Positions 1-13,656 of a stretch of DNA of 64,000 nucleotides are shown piece by piece. Every line of letters begins with the position of its first letter. Within the stretch, counting starts at the first letter, position 1. Both the position numbers and the translations under genes were made by a program. Where the stretch lies: the NCBI RefSeq assembly GCF_028368995.1, contig NZ_JAQNDL010000002.1, positions 864,001 through 928,000 of the forward strand, given 5' to 3'. The stretch is from Nannocystis bainbridge (lineage in GTDB: Bacteria > Myxococcota_A > Polyangia > Nannocystales > Nannocystaceae). The notes beneath the pieces are model-generated. The model was not told the origin of the DNA, made no database searches, and saw only the letters and a program-made list of their open reading frames with translations.

Positions 1-2412
<2,412 letters not shown>

Positions 2413-2435
2413 GCCTCGGGGTATGATCGCCGGAG

Positions 2436-5087
2436 GTGAGCGCCGGCGACGTGGAAGACACGGTTCCGGGGGAGAGGGCCCCCGCTTCGCCGCGCCCTTC
2501 GCCCGAGCCGATCGAGGTGCCGCCCAGCATCGGTCGCTACCGCGTGCTGTCGCAGCTCGGCGCCGGCGGCATGGGGGTGGTCTACGCGGCCTACGACAAC
2601 GACCTCGATCGCAAGGTGGCGATCAAGCTGGTGTTGCCGGACAGCGACGGTCAGGGGCGCGAGGCGGCGCTGCTGCGCGAGGCGCAGGCGCTGGCCAAGG
2701 TCGAGCACCCGCACGTCGTGCGCGTGTACGAGGTCGGCAACTTCCGCGGCCAGGTCTACCTGGTGATGGAGTTCCTCAGCGGGGCGACGCTGCGCAGCTG
2801 GATGCGGGCCGAGCCGCGGCCGTGGCGGCAGCGGCTGGCGGTGCTGATCCAGGCCGGTCGCGGGCTGCAGGCGGCGCACGACGCCGGGGTGGTGCACCAC
2901 GACTTCAAGCCCGACAACGTGGTGGTCGACGGCTCGGGGCTGGCGCGCGTGGTCGACTTCGGGCTGGCGGGGGCCGAGGTCAGTGTGGACGACACGACGG
3001 TGCTCGGCACGCCGCGCTACATGCCGCCCGAGCAGTGGCGCGGGGCGCCGGCGGGGCCGCGGGCGGATCAGTTCAGCTTCGCGGTGACGCTGTACGAGGC
3101 GCTGTACGGCCGGCGACCGTTCGCGGGGGCGACGGCGATCTTGCTGCGCGAGGCGATCGAGATCGGGGTGGTGCCGCCGCCGCCGTCCGACTCGAAGATC
3201 CCGCGGCGGTTCTTTCGCATCCTCGAGCGGGCGCTGTCGCCGACCCCGGAGGCGCGCTGGCCGAGCATGGCCGACATGATCGCGGCGCTCGAGCACGACC
3301 CGTGGGCGGTGCCGCTGCGGGTGCTCGCGGTGAGCGTGGCGCTGGTGGTCGTCGCGGTCGCCAGCTACGCGACCGCGACCGTGCGCGCGAGCGATGCCCC
3401 GCGCTGCGAGACGGCGGGGGCGCGGCTCGACGCGGTGTGGGGCCCGCCGCAGCGCATCGACGTGCGTCGCGCCTTCAAGGCCACCGGGCTGGGGTTCGCG
3501 CGCGACGTCGGCGACCGCGTGATCGCCCGGCTCGACGACTACGCCGAGGCGTGGAGCGAGCAGCGGCGCGCGGTGTGTCAGGAGCACGCGTCGGGGCTGC
3601 AGACCGATCGCCTGACCGACCTGCGCAACGCCTGCCTCGACCAGCGGCTGGCGCACCTCTCGGCGCTGATCCAGGTGTTCGCGGCGCCCGATCTGTCGGT
3701 CGTCGAGAACGCGGTGCAGGCGACCGCGGCGCTGCCCGGGCTGGCCGGTTGCGCCGACACCAACGCGCTGCTGGCCGTGATCCTTCCCGACGATCCGACG
3801 GTGGTGCGCGAGATCGAGGCGCTGCGGGCCCGGCTGGCCCGTGCCGACGTGCTCGAGCAGACCGGGCGCTACGACGAGGGGCTGCGGATCGCGGCCGAGG
3901 TGCGCAAGGAGGCGGCGCGGCTCGGCTACTCGCCGCTCGCGGCCGAGGCGGCGCTGAGCGACGGGCGGCTGCGAATGGCCGCCACGCCGGGCGTAGAGGC
4001 CGAGGCGGCGCTGGCCGAGGCGGTGCGGCTCGGGATCGCCAACGACCAGTACACCGTCGCGGCCGAGGCGGCGGTGATCCACATGTACGTGGTCGGCAGC
4101 GACGCGAGCCGGCGCAGCGAGGGGCTGGCCTCGGTGATGTACGCCGAGGCGCTGGTGGCCCGCACGCACGGCGAGGCGCGCCTGGTCGCGCTGCTCCACA
4201 ACAACATCGGCACGCTGCACGACGATCGCGAGGGCAGCGTCGAGCTGGCGCGGGCCCACTACGAGCGGGCGATCGAGGCGCTGCGGGTGCGCGGGGAGGC
4301 CGACCCGCTGGCGGCGATCGTCCACCACAACCTCGGGATCATGTACGTCAACCACCGGCGGCTCGACGAGGCGCGGGCGCAGTTCGAGCGGGCGCTCGAG
4401 CTGTTCGCCACCGTGTTCGGCGCCGACCACCCGCTCGGCGCGCACCCGCGGGTCGGCTTCGGCGACGTGGCGATCCTCCGCGGCGCGTACGCCGAGGCGA
4501 TCCCGAGCTACCGCGAGGCCATCGCGTTGATGCAGTCGACGCTCGGCGCGGAGCACCAGTACTTGCTCGATCCGCTGGCGGGCCTCGGCGTCGCCTACGT
4601 GCGCGTCGGCAAGCACGCGGAGGCCCAGCCGTACCTCGCGCGGGCGCTGGCGATCGCCGAGCGCGACGGCCTGCGGCGCGAGCCGGTCGGCGACGCGCTG
4701 GTCGGGCTCGCCGACATCGCCGAGGCCGCCGGGCGCGCGCTCGAGGCCCGCGACCTCTACGGGCGGGCCGCCGATCTCTACGAGAGCTCGCTCGAGAGCG
4801 AGCCGACCAAGGCTTCGCACGCGGCGCTGCGGGCCGGTGAGCTGTCGGCGGCGCTCGGCCAGCGCGACGAGGCGATCCGGTGGTTCGAGCGGGTGCGCGT
4901 CAACGGCCGCGGCCCGGAGCTGGAGCGCGGGCAGGCGTCGCTGGCCCTGGCGGCGCTGCTGGCGAGCCGCGCCGCCGAGCGGGCCCGCGTGTGCGCGCTG
5001 CTGACCAGCGGCCGCGCCGCGGTGCCGGAGGGCGACCTGCGGCGGGCCGAGACCGAGCCGCTGTTCGCTGCGTGCGAGCGGCACTGA
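2436..5087 (+). CDS. Ser/Thr protein kinase with TPR-like region, tandem paralog of upstream gene
   Basis: [33 protein letters not shown]; long collinear similarity to the 1-2412 product. Confidence 0.92.
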   Translation: MSAGDVEDTVPGERAPASPRPSPEPIEVPPSIGRYRVLSQLGAGGMGVVYAAYDNDLDRKVAIKLVLPDSDGQGREAALLREAQALAKVEHPHVVRVYEVGNFRGQVYLVMEFLSGATLRSWMRAEPRPWRQRLAVLIQAGRGLQAAHDAGVVHHDFKPDNVVVDGSGLARVVDFGLAGAEVSVDDTTVLGTPRYMPPEQWRGAPAGPRADQFSFAVTLYEALYGRRPFAGATAILLREAIEIGVVPPPPSDSKIPRRFFRILERALSPTPEARWPSMADMIAALEHDPWAVPLRVLAVSVALVVVAVASYATATVRASDAPRCETAGARLDAVWGPPQRIDVRRAFKATGLGFARDVGDRVIARLDDYAEAWSEQRRAVCQEHASGLQTDRLTDLRNACLDQRLAHLSALIQVFAAPDLSVVENAVQATAALPGLAGCADTNALLAVILPDDPTVVREIEALRARLARADVLEQTGRYDEGLRIAAEVRKEAARLGYSPLAAEAALSDGRLRMAATPGVEAEAALAEAVRLGIANDQYTVAAEAAVIHMYVVGSDASRRSEGLASVMYAEALVARTHGEARLVALLHNNIGTLHDDREGSVELARAHYERAIEALRVRGEADPLAAIVHHNLGIMYVNHRRLDEARAQFERALELFATVFGADHPLGAHPRVGFGDVAILRGAYAEAIPSYREAIALMQSTLGAEHQYLLDPLAGLGVAYVRVGKHAEAQPYLARALAIAERDGLRREPVGDALVGLADIAEAAGRALEARDLYGRAADLYESSLESEPTKASHAALRAGELSAALGQRDEAIRWFERVRVNGRGPELERGQASLALAALLASRAAERARVCALLTSGRAAVPEGDLRRAETEPLFAACERH

Positions 5088-5175
5088 GGCGGCAGGGATG
5101 GCGAGCAGGCGCGCAGGCCGGGCTGCGAAGTCGGCGCGCTCACCGGACGCTGGCGCACGAGGGATGTCCCCGGTG

Positions 5176-5256
5176 GGGCATGTCCCCGGGAGCATGTCCC
5201 CGGTGACATGCCCTTGCGGACATGCCCGAAGCGACATGCCCGGTCGGACATGCCCC
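5176..5256. repeat. 14-bp-period TGTCC-N4-GGACA array
   Basis: CATG at 5179, 5193, 5207, 5221, 5235, 5249; between convergent genes. Confidence 0.9.
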
Positions 5257-5261
5257 TTCGT

Positions 5262-6527
5262 TCAGCCGGCGCTGCGACGCAGGCGGGCCAGCTGGGAGTT
5301 GGCGTCGCGGGCGTAGCGGCCGGTCGGGGCCAGCTTCAGGTAGGTCTCGTAGGCGATCACGGCGCCGGCGTCGTCCTTGCCGTGCTGGCGCAGCACGCCG
5401 AGGGTCAGCCAGCAGTCGGCGAGGCTGGGGTCGACCGCCACGCACTTGTCGGCGGTGGTCCGCGACTCCGACATCTTGCCCTGCTCGAGCTGGACCTGGG
5501 CGGTCAGCAGCAGCACCTCGGGGTGCTCGGGCGCCTGCTGCGACAGCTCGGTCAGCGCGGACGAGGCGACCTTGAGCTTGCCGTCCTTGTAGGCGTTCTT
5601 GGCCCGGTCGAGCCGCTCGACGAACGCCGCGTCGGTGGGCGCGGGCGGGGCCGGCTTGGGCGCCTCGACGACCTTGGGCTCGGGCAGCGGCTCGGGCTTG
5701 ACCTCGGGCGCCTTGGCCTCGGCGGGCGGCTCGCCCTGCGTGTCGGCGGCGACCGTGTCGGCCGCGGCCTCGTCGGCGAACAGCGAGTCGCGCATCGCGT
5801 ACACGGCGACCGCGACGATCACCGCGGCCACGGCCCCGATCAGCGGCCACGGCGGGGGCGGGGGCGGGGGCGGTGTGGCGAACAGGTCGTCGTCGCCGCC
5901 GCTGTCGCTGTCGCCCATCGGCTCGGTGGCGCCGAGGAACGCCTGCATGAACTCGTCGGCGGGGCGGGCCTGGAAGGACGGGGGCGGCTCGCTCGGCGGG
6001 GCGGGGATCGGCGCCGAGGCGATCGGCTGGATCGGGGGCGAGGGCGGCGGCGGCGGCGTGGTGCGGATCGGCGAGAGCGCGGGCAGGACGTCGAGATCGA
6101 GGTCACCGCCGAACGAGCCGAACTCGGTCGAGCGGGCCAGCGGATCGCCGCGCCGCTCGGGCTCGGGCTGGCTGGCGCGCGGCTCGACCGACAGCGGCGG
6201 GATGCCGCCGCGCAGGGTCGTCGAGAACACGCTGTCGGGCGCGAGGCTGGCGCTCGGCGGCGGCTCGCTGACGGGCTCGGGGGCTGTCCCCTGGAACATG
6301 TGCGAAAGACCAGACGCGGGCGTGGACTGCGAGGTGTGGCCGAAGTCGCCGAGCGGACGCTCGCCCTCGCCGCGGGTGGGGGCCAGGCTGGCGAACGCGG
6401 CGCTCACGGGCGAGGCGCTCGCAGGCGCGGCTTCGGGTCGCCGCGACGGATCCAGCCACTCACCGCAGAACCGGCACTTGACGGCGACTTCCTGGATCTG
6501 CTCCCCACAGAATGGGCAAGGTTTCAC
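5262..6527 (-). CDS. Zinc-ribbon / Pro-rich / TM / TPR protein; 5' end supplied by the integrated element
   Basis: CPFC...CRFC, Pro-rich linker, TM helix, C-terminal TPR (AYETYLKLAPTG); GTG start. Confidence 0.85.
   Translation of the reverse strand: MKPCPFCGEQIQEVAVKCRFCGEWLDPSRRPEAAPASASPVSAAFASLAPTRGEGERPLGDFGHTSQSTPASGLSHMFQGTAPEPVSEPPPSASLAPDSVFSTTLRGGIPPLSVEPRASQPEPERRGDPLARSTEFGSFGGDLDLDVLPALSPIRTTPPPPPSPPIQPIASAPIPAPPSEPPPSFQARPADEFMQAFLGATEPMGDSDSGGDDDLFATPPPPPPPPWPLIGAVAAVIVAVAVYAMRDSLFADEAAADTVAADTQGEPPAEAKAPEVKPEPLPEPKVVEAPKPAPPAPTDAAFVERLDRAKNAYKDGKLKVASSALTELSQQAPEHPEVLLLTAQVQLEQGKMSESRTTADKCVAVDPSLADCWLTLGVLRQHGKDDAGAVIAYETYLKLAPTGRYARDANSQLARLRRSAG
6503..6527. other. Left attachment junction of integrative element
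   Basis: ccccacagaatgggcaaggtttcac matches 20551-20575 at 21/25 positions; identical 8-bp core CCCCACAG. Confidence 0.8.
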
Positions 6528-6828
6528 TTCACGGGAGATACCTCAAAGCCCCTCCCCGGCCAAGTAGGCCACATTCAGACCCCTTCCGGCGGGACCTTCG
6601 CTCCAGCGCTGCACCAGGAGCATCGCTCGCCCGTCGCTTCCGGCGCCTTCGTCGAAAGCCAGCTGGACCCGGTTCCGTCTGCCCTCCAGGTCACTGGCCC
6701 TTCCGCCAATGAGATCCCGGCCCAGGCGTTCGGCCTGGGCGACGCGCCGGTCGCGCGTCTGTTCGGCGTGAGCCGGAAGCTGGTCACGAGCCGGGTCGGC
6801 AGTCGCCAGGCCGAAAGGAAGGTCGCCC

Positions 6829-7785
6829 ATGGGTGAACCGACCAATCTCGGGCGCTGGATCCTTCGCTCCCTCGATGTTCAAGGGCGCGACCGCGCGCGG
6901 TGCTGCGATGCGGCCATCGCCAGCGAGCTCGATGGCTGGCGCGTGTTGGTGGTCGCGGACGGAGTGTCGAGCCGCGCGCACACGCACTTCGGCGCGCACC
7001 TGACCTCGCGTGTTGCGCTGCGTGCTGCACTTCACCACTTGCTGCGCGGTGGCCCAGTGCGCCTGGTGCCCTCGGCCATTCAAACGGAGGTCGGCGCAGC
7101 GCTCCGTGCTGCTCTCTGTGCGCTGGGGGATGAGGAGGCGCGCCTTGCTCTTCCGTGCACGCTCGTGTTGCTCGTCGTTGGGGCCCAGGAGGCCGCCGCG
7201 TGGTTCTGTGGTGACGGCGATGCTGCGCTCGTCGGGCTGCCCGATGACGTGCAACTGATGCGTCGTGTCGGCCACCCCCCGTCGGGGTTGGCCAACCGCA
7301 CGATGACGACGTCGAAGCTTCATCATGCTGTCGGCGACAGCACCACGGAAGCGCGCGTCATCGCCTCAGAAGATGCCTACGCGGTCCACTGGCGTCGGCG
7401 TGGCGAGGTTGTGTCGGGGTTGCCCTGCTCGTGGGCGTTCCCCGAACAGCGGCCCGCTCAGATGCTGCCCGCCTTCCACGCGATCGGGGATCTGGCGGGG
7501 CTTCGCGGTGCTTTCGTGGCCACGGATGGACTGTCGGAGGAGGGTGCCCAGCTCCTGCTCGCGTCGCCGGCGGTGATGTCGAGCGACCTCCACGAGCGAG
7601 TCCGAGGCGCGTCCGACGACGTGGGCGTTGCGTGGGGGGGCTCGCTGGCCACTCAGGTGCTGCGCGATGCCGCGACGCCGCAGCACGTCGGGGACGAACT
7701 CGAGTTGAGTCTGAGGGCCCTCGGGCTGTCGGACTCCCAACTGCGGTTGGGCCAACCGGAGTTGGCTGAAGAGGAGGACGCGTAA
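6829..7785 (+). CDS. PP2C-family (PP2C_2-like) protein phosphatase
   Basis: VLVVADGVSS, CTL, CGDG, FVATDGL and SDDVG motifs; AGGAAGG RBS upstream. Confidence 0.7.
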   Translation: MGEPTNLGRWILRSLDVQGRDRARCCDAAIASELDGWRVLVVADGVSSRAHTHFGAHLTSRVALRAALHHLLRGGPVRLVPSAIQTEVGAALRAALCALGDEEARLALPCTLVLLVVGAQEAAAWFCGDGDAALVGLPDDVQLMRRVGHPPSGLANRTMTTSKLHHAVGDSTTEARVIASEDAYAVHWRRRGEVVSGLPCSWAFPEQRPAQMLPAFHAIGDLAGLRGAFVATDGLSEEGAQLLLASPAVMSSDLHERVRGASDDVGVAWGGSLATQVLRDAATPQHVGDELELSLRALGLSDSQLRLGQPELAEEEDA

Positions 7786-8875
7786 TGCTTGCGCAGAATT
7801 TCCTCTCTCCAGCGCGCAGCAGCGAATACGGCGGGGTGTCTGCGAACGACTCCGTCTATCCTCACCTCGACTCCCCGCTTGATAGCCGCGATCTGGCGTG
7901 GTGCTGCCCAGAATCTCCCACTCTCGGCGAGGCCTGGCTCGCGTTTCTCCAGCACTGCTGGCGTCGCGTTAAGCGCGGCGACATCGCCTACGAACGGTCC
8001 GTCGCTATGCCGACCTCCGCGACCAGCTCGGCGAGCTCGGGGCTCGTCCGGTCGTCGATCTGAAGTCCAGCGAGGCCAACACCTGGCACGAGGTCATCGG
8101 CAACCGGCTTGGCAAGAACACCGGCAAGCCGACTCTGCGGACGGCCGATCTGTGCCGCGACCTCCTCAAGCAAGTCTGCGACTTTGCCGAGCTGCAGGAC
8201 TGGCGCGAGCCGAGGACCAACCCGGTGGTGGTCGTGCCGCGTTTCGGCTCCTCGCCGCGTGACATCCGCCTCGAGCCGTCCGAGTGCCGGCGCGTCCTCG
8301 AGGCCCTGGACGTCATCGAGCGCCGCCGGCTTCGGCGGAACCACAAGGGTGAGCTGCGGCAAGCGACACGAGCTTCGGCCACCCGCCTGATCCGCTGCCT
8401 CTACTTGTGGGCCCGGAGGCCCAAAGAGTTGCAGTACCTGACCTGGGCCCAGGTGGTCGACCTGGACACGGACCAACCGATCGCTCGTCGCATCGCCACC
8501 AAGCGCGGCATTCGCTCCCTCGCTGTGCCGATGCCAGTGGCCCGCATCCTGCGCGAGCAGCATCGCGTCGTTGGCCACCTGTCGCCCCTCGTGTTTCCTT
8601 CCGGCGTCGGCAAGCCGCTGTCGACGTTGTGGCACGTCTGGCACGAGGCGCTGACGATCGCCGAGCTGACGGCCATCCCGCTGTACGGCCTGCGCCACAA
8701 CGCGGCGACCCACCTGATCGAGGCTGGCTTTACCTCGAGACAGGCCAGCGAGGTCCTCGCCAACTCCGAGGAGGTCTTCGACAAGCACTACAACCACGCC
8801 ACGGTCTCGCCGCAAGCGGCGAAGGCCGGGCGTCGTGCCGGCGTGATCATGGCGCGGCTGGGGGGACTCGGATGA
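7785..8875 (+). pseudogene. Tyrosine recombinase/integrase with 1-bp frameshift near 7993
   Basis: RGDIAYE in one frame continues as TVRRYADL...NPVVVVPR in the next if one A is restored; catalytic-type motifs ARRPKEL, TKRG, YGLRH, KHY. Confidence 0.8.
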
Positions 8876-9831
8876 ATTCCCTCCGCCCAGCGCCGACGCT
8901 CGCGCATCAAGTCCCGCCACAGGAGGAGGCGCGCCACACCATGTCGCCCTCGCACCTGCGGCGCACCCCTGACGTCCCAACGCAGCGGCCGGACCACGCG
9001 CCGCCGCCCTCGGTTTGGGAACTGAACATGGAGCGCGCCTTCGCGAGTGGCGTCCTCGTTGACGCCGGCGAGCGCCATCTTCGCCACCGGCTCGGCGGCC
9101 AGGACCACGCGCTTGCACTCCGTCATCCTGGGGCCGTCGTCCTGGCGGTCGCGGATGGGGCGAGCCGCGTCGGCAAGCTGCCAAGCCGCGCAGAGGTCGG
9201 CGCGGGCCTGGTCGCGGAGCTGGCGGCGCGGAGCGCCTCTGATGCTGCACTCCGAGGTCTCGGGCCGGCCGAGTTGCGTCTCCACGTGGCCGCACTGCTC
9301 GTGAGGCACTTGCTGCCCCTGTGGGTTGCTCTCGGCGACGGCGCTGGGCCGCTGCTGCACTGCACCCTCGTCCTCGCCGTCAGCACGCCCACCTGGACCA
9401 GCATCTGGCGGATCGGCGACGGCTGCTGGGGGGCGAGCGGAAGCCTCGCGCACGGCTACCGGTCGCCGTCGTCGTCGGCATCTGTTGCCTGCTACGGCAC
9501 GCGGTGGTCGGCTCACGAGCGGCGACAGGTCACCAAGCTCCACACGACGGTCGCGCACCTGTGCAGGAGCGGCGACGTCGAGGTTGTGGCGCGGGGCCTC
9601 GAGCCCGTCCTCGAGGCGGAGGGCCCTGCGTTGACGCTGTACGTCGCAAGTGATGGGCTGGACGAAGAGCCACAAGTCCAGGCGTTGCTGCGGTGCGATC
9701 AGTGGCGAGGCGACCAGTTCACTGGTGCTCTGGCGCGGCCCAACGGGTCCGATGACTTCGCGCTGGCGTGGGCATGCGAACGCTTCCGCGGCGCCGCTGG
9801 TCTGGGCCTTGGCGAAGCGGGGGGAGCGTGA
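8872..9831 (+). CDS. Second PP2C-family protein phosphatase
   Basis: GQD, VLAVADGAS, HCTL, IGDG, YVASDGL, SDDFA; ATGA overlap with integrase stop. Confidence 0.72.
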   Translation: MNSLRPAPTLAHQVPPQEEARHTMSPSHLRRTPDVPTQRPDHAPPPSVWELNMERAFASGVLVDAGERHLRHRLGGQDHALALRHPGAVVLAVADGASRVGKLPSRAEVGAGLVAELAARSASDAALRGLGPAELRLHVAALLVRHLLPLWVALGDGAGPLLHCTLVLAVSTPTWTSIWRIGDGCWGASGSLAHGYRSPSSSASVACYGTRWSAHERRQVTKLHTTVAHLCRSGDVEVVARGLEPVLEAEGPALTLYVASDGLDEEPQVQALLRCDQWRGDQFTGALARPNGSDDFALAWACERFRGAAGLGLGEAGGA

Positions 9832-10217
9832 TGCCGAAGGTCCACATGGACGATGCCGACGGCCTGGTCGGCCCGCCGGAAACCGACGTCCTCGGCGCAG
9901 TGGGTCGCTACCTCGAGCAAAACATCGGCGCACTCGCCCGCCATCAAGTCGCCCTGACGTGCGACCTGGCCCGCGTCCTCACACGCCTGTACTGCAGGAA
10001 GTGCGACGCTCGCCTCGTCTGCAACACATGCGGCGCCTACTACCGGAATTGCACAGGGCCTTGCGCCTGCGGGGACGTCGCCGCCTGCCCGGATTGTGAC
10101 CTGGCGGTCGCTGAGGTCCGCGATCGGGACGGAGCGGTGGTTGGGATGCTGCGTGGGGTCTGCTCCGAGGCGCCCCGCCCGGCGGAGGGCGCCCGCGCCA
10201 AGGAGGTGCTGCCGTGA
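9831..10217 (+). CDS. Cys-rich putative zinc-binding protein
   Basis: CRKC, CNTC, CTGPCAC, CPDC; TGATG coupling to upstream gene. Confidence 0.6.
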   Translation: MPKVHMDDADGLVGPPETDVLGAVGRYLEQNIGALARHQVALTCDLARVLTRLYCRKCDARLVCNTCGAYYRNCTGPCACGDVAACPDCDLAVAEVRDRDGAVVGMLRGVCSEAPRPAEGARAKEVLP

Positions 10218-10492
10218 AGAAGGCCGAACGGAAGCACCACGTGGGCCGGATCCTCGGGTCGCTCGACTATGCGGTCGACCACGACCACGACGACTGGGCA
10301 CGCAGCATCGCACACACGGTCGTGGAGCTCGCGGGCCTCACGCTCGCGGAGGCCAACGCGGCGCGCGTCGCCTGGTACGCCTCCACCGGCAGTTCCCCCC
10401 CCGATGACGAGTCGCCGTTCCTGCGGCCGCTCGTCATCTTCGATGCGAAGTCCCGTCGCTTCGTGTCCATCCGCGACGCGGAGGGGCCGTGA
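10214..10492 (+). CDS. Hypothetical protein
   Basis: GTGA overlaps at both ends; AGGAGG RBS. Confidence 0.6.
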   Translation: MKKAERKHHVGRILGSLDYAVDHDHDDWARSIAHTVVELAGLTLAEANAARVAWYASTGSSPPDDESPFLRPLVIFDAKSRRFVSIRDAEGP

Positions 10493-10725
10493 GCACCCTC
10501 CGCGTGCTTCAACGACTCGCTGTTCGTGCACTCGCGCGGCAGCTCGCACAGCAATGCATCGATGATTCGCAGGCGCTCCTGGCGATCAACCGGGGGCTTG
10601 TCCGTGCGTCTCACGTGCGGGGCGTCAGCCGATGCACCTTCGCTGGCTTCACTGCCGCCAACGAGCCGTGGGCGCAACAGTTGCCGCTCGCTGAACGCGC
10701 CTCCGAGATGGAGACGCAGCAGTGA
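10489..10725 (+). CDS. Hypothetical protein
   Basis: GTGA overlap; GGAGG RBS. Confidence 0.45.
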   Translation: MSTLRVLQRLAVRALARQLAQQCIDDSQALLAINRGLVRASHVRGVSRCTFAGFTAANEPWAQQLPLAERASEMETQQ

Positions 10726-10838
10726 ACTGTCAGGGGAACGCCGCCCTGCCCATGGGGGGTCGCTGGCGTGACGGCGGGGAGAGACCCGCAACCCTTCCCC
10801 GATTTTGTGGACGGCACGCGGGCGTGCCGGGAGTGATG

Positions 10839-11732
10839 ATGCGTGGACGCTCTACAAGTTCTGGCGAGCCTAACGCGCCGCCAACGAATTGCGCTGGTGC
10901 GTCTCTATCAGCGCCTCTACTGGCCGACACGACGACACCTGCCCAAGCTCGTCGCCTACGGCCTGGTCTTGGCCGGCGAACCAGCAACCCTCACCTCCAA
11001 GGGCCGGACCCTCGCGCGTTCGATCCTGAAGAGTGCCGGCGGTTCGAGGTCTATCTAACCGCCGGCGCCGTCGCTCAGCAGGGCCTCGTCGCTGCTCGCG
11101 AGCTGCACGGGATCCGTCCCGAGCGCTGGGCGGACCTGGGCACTGGGGCCGGCGTCTTCGGCCAGCACGCTCGGCACGTGTGGCCCGCTGCCAAGAGCTG
11201 CGGCTTCGAGATCCGTAAGGCTGAGTCCTTCGCTGGACGCCACTATGACAGCTTCGTCGCCGACGACTACTTCGGCGCCGCGGCGCGCGGGGCCCTGAAG
11301 CGCTACCGGCCCCAGTTGGTGGTCAGCAACCCCCCATACACGAAAGCCCGCGAGACGCTCGCGCTGGGCCTCGATGTCGTCGAGCCGATGGGCCACGTCC
11401 TCCTCCTCCTCCGCAGCACGTTCGGCGGCAGCGAGGCTGACGACGAGCAGCTGCGGCGCTCGCCACCGGTTGACGAGTGGTCCATCCCTGGCCGGCTGAA
11501 GCTGAAGCGAGGGCACGGCCGCACAGGCAGGCCGCTCGGCGGCGACTTCGTGGGACACATCTTCCTGCTCTTCCAGCAGGGCCGCCAGGTGACGGCGCCG
11601 GTCTGGTCGCGCCGTCTGCTGCCGCCGCTTCCGTCAGCGTGGCTCGGCTGGTCGGTGCGCCCTGGTGATGAGGCGTTCACCGCGCCTCTCCCTCACGAAT
11701 TCTGGCCGCTCAAGGAGAACCGTCATGGCTGA
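10839..11732 (+). CDS. Orphan amino (N6-adenine) DNA methyltransferase, phage-type; start uncertain
   Basis: DLGTGAGVFG (motif I), GFEI, VVSNPPY (motif IV). Confidence 0.8.
   Translation: MRGRSTSSGEPNAPPTNCAGASLSAPLLADTTTPAQARRLRPGLGRRTSNPHLQGPDPRAFDPEECRRFEVYLTAGAVAQQGLVAARELHGIRPERWADLGTGAGVFGQHARHVWPAAKSCGFEIRKAESFAGRHYDSFVADDYFGAAARGALKRYRPQLVVSNPPYTKARETLALGLDVVEPMGHVLLLLRSTFGGSEADDEQLRRSPPVDEWSIPGRLKLKRGHGRTGRPLGGDFVGHIFLLFQQGRQVTAPVWSRRLLPPLPSAWLGWSVRPGDEAFTAPLPHEFWPLKENRHG
10843..11058 (+). CDS. Small putative winged-helix protein overlapping MTase frame
   Basis: KLVAYGLV...TLTSKGRTLA resembles a wHTH wing; GGGAG 9 nt upstream. Confidence 0.4.
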   Translation: MDALQVLASLTRRQRIALVRLYQRLYWPTRRHLPKLVAYGLVLAGEPATLTSKGRTLARSILKSAGGSRSI

Positions 11733-12243
11733 GATGGATCGCCAGTTGTTCGGCGCAACGGATCGGGAGAACCAGAAGTTGAGCGCCACCGCCCGGCTGC
11801 TGCTGGCGCTGCTCTGGACGTATGCCGACCTCGACGACGCCAAGGCCTATCGAAAATCACGCGGTCAACCGATCCGCCAGGCGCCCAAAGTCGAGGTCCG
11901 CCGCCTGGAGGAGGCCGCCTCGCTCCTGGGCTTCGAGCTCGAGACGATCCGTCGCGCGCTCGATCGGCAGCTCGGTCCCGCCGGATGGGTCCTCCGCACG
12001 AAGGACTCACGCTTTTTAGCGCTGCTCGACCGCGAGCACCGTGACGCCTATCTTGCGGCGAAACACCCATTCGCACCTGTCGTCAAGCGCGATTTGGGAG
12101 CAGATCCCGGACAACGATCCGCGGTAGATCCCGGACAACGATCCGCAGATCCCGGACAGCGATCCGGGATCTGCGGGATGGTTGTCCGCGAGATCCCGGA
12201 TAACCATCCGCTCCATCCTTTAAGGGTCCCAATTGGGTCTTGA
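11725..12243 (+). CDS. Putative replication initiator, N-terminal HTH part
   Basis: LSATARLLLALL...LEEAASLLGFELETIRRAL HTH followed by DPGQRS repeats encoded by DNA iterons. Confidence 0.5.
   Translation: MAEMDRQLFGATDRENQKLSATARLLLALLWTYADLDDAKAYRKSRGQPIRQAPKVEVRRLEEAASLLGFELETIRRALDRQLGPAGWVLRTKDSRFLALLDREHRDAYLAAKHPFAPVVKRDLGADPGQRSAVDPGQRSADPGQRSGICGMVVREIPDNHPLHPLRVPIGS
12102..12210. repeat. Iteron-like 20-bp repeats inside rep-like gene
   Basis: AGATCCCGGACAACGATCCG at 12102 and 12126, variants at 12147 and 12191, partial inverted copy 12176-12188. Confidence 0.85.
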
Positions 12244-12257
12244 GGGTGGGTCCCTTG

Positions 12258-12263
12258 TATGTT
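12258..12263 (+). promoter_or_regulatory. -10 box (TATGTT) of IS110 circle-junction promoter
   Basis: On circularisation lies 18 nt downstream of TTGACG (13637-13642). Confidence 0.7.
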
Positions 12264-13642
<1,379 letters not shown>

Positions 13643-13656
13643 CCGCAACACAACTG

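Noticed and set aside
5176-5256. Resemblance of GGACATGTCC to the p53 half-site
   Set aside because: Bacterial context and 14-bp rather than 10-bp phasing; treated as coincidence
6740-6836. VARLFGVSRKLV as an excisionase-like HTH at the element's left end
   Set aside because: Suggestive and well placed, but no in-frame ATG/GTG/TTG start inside the element; too weak to call
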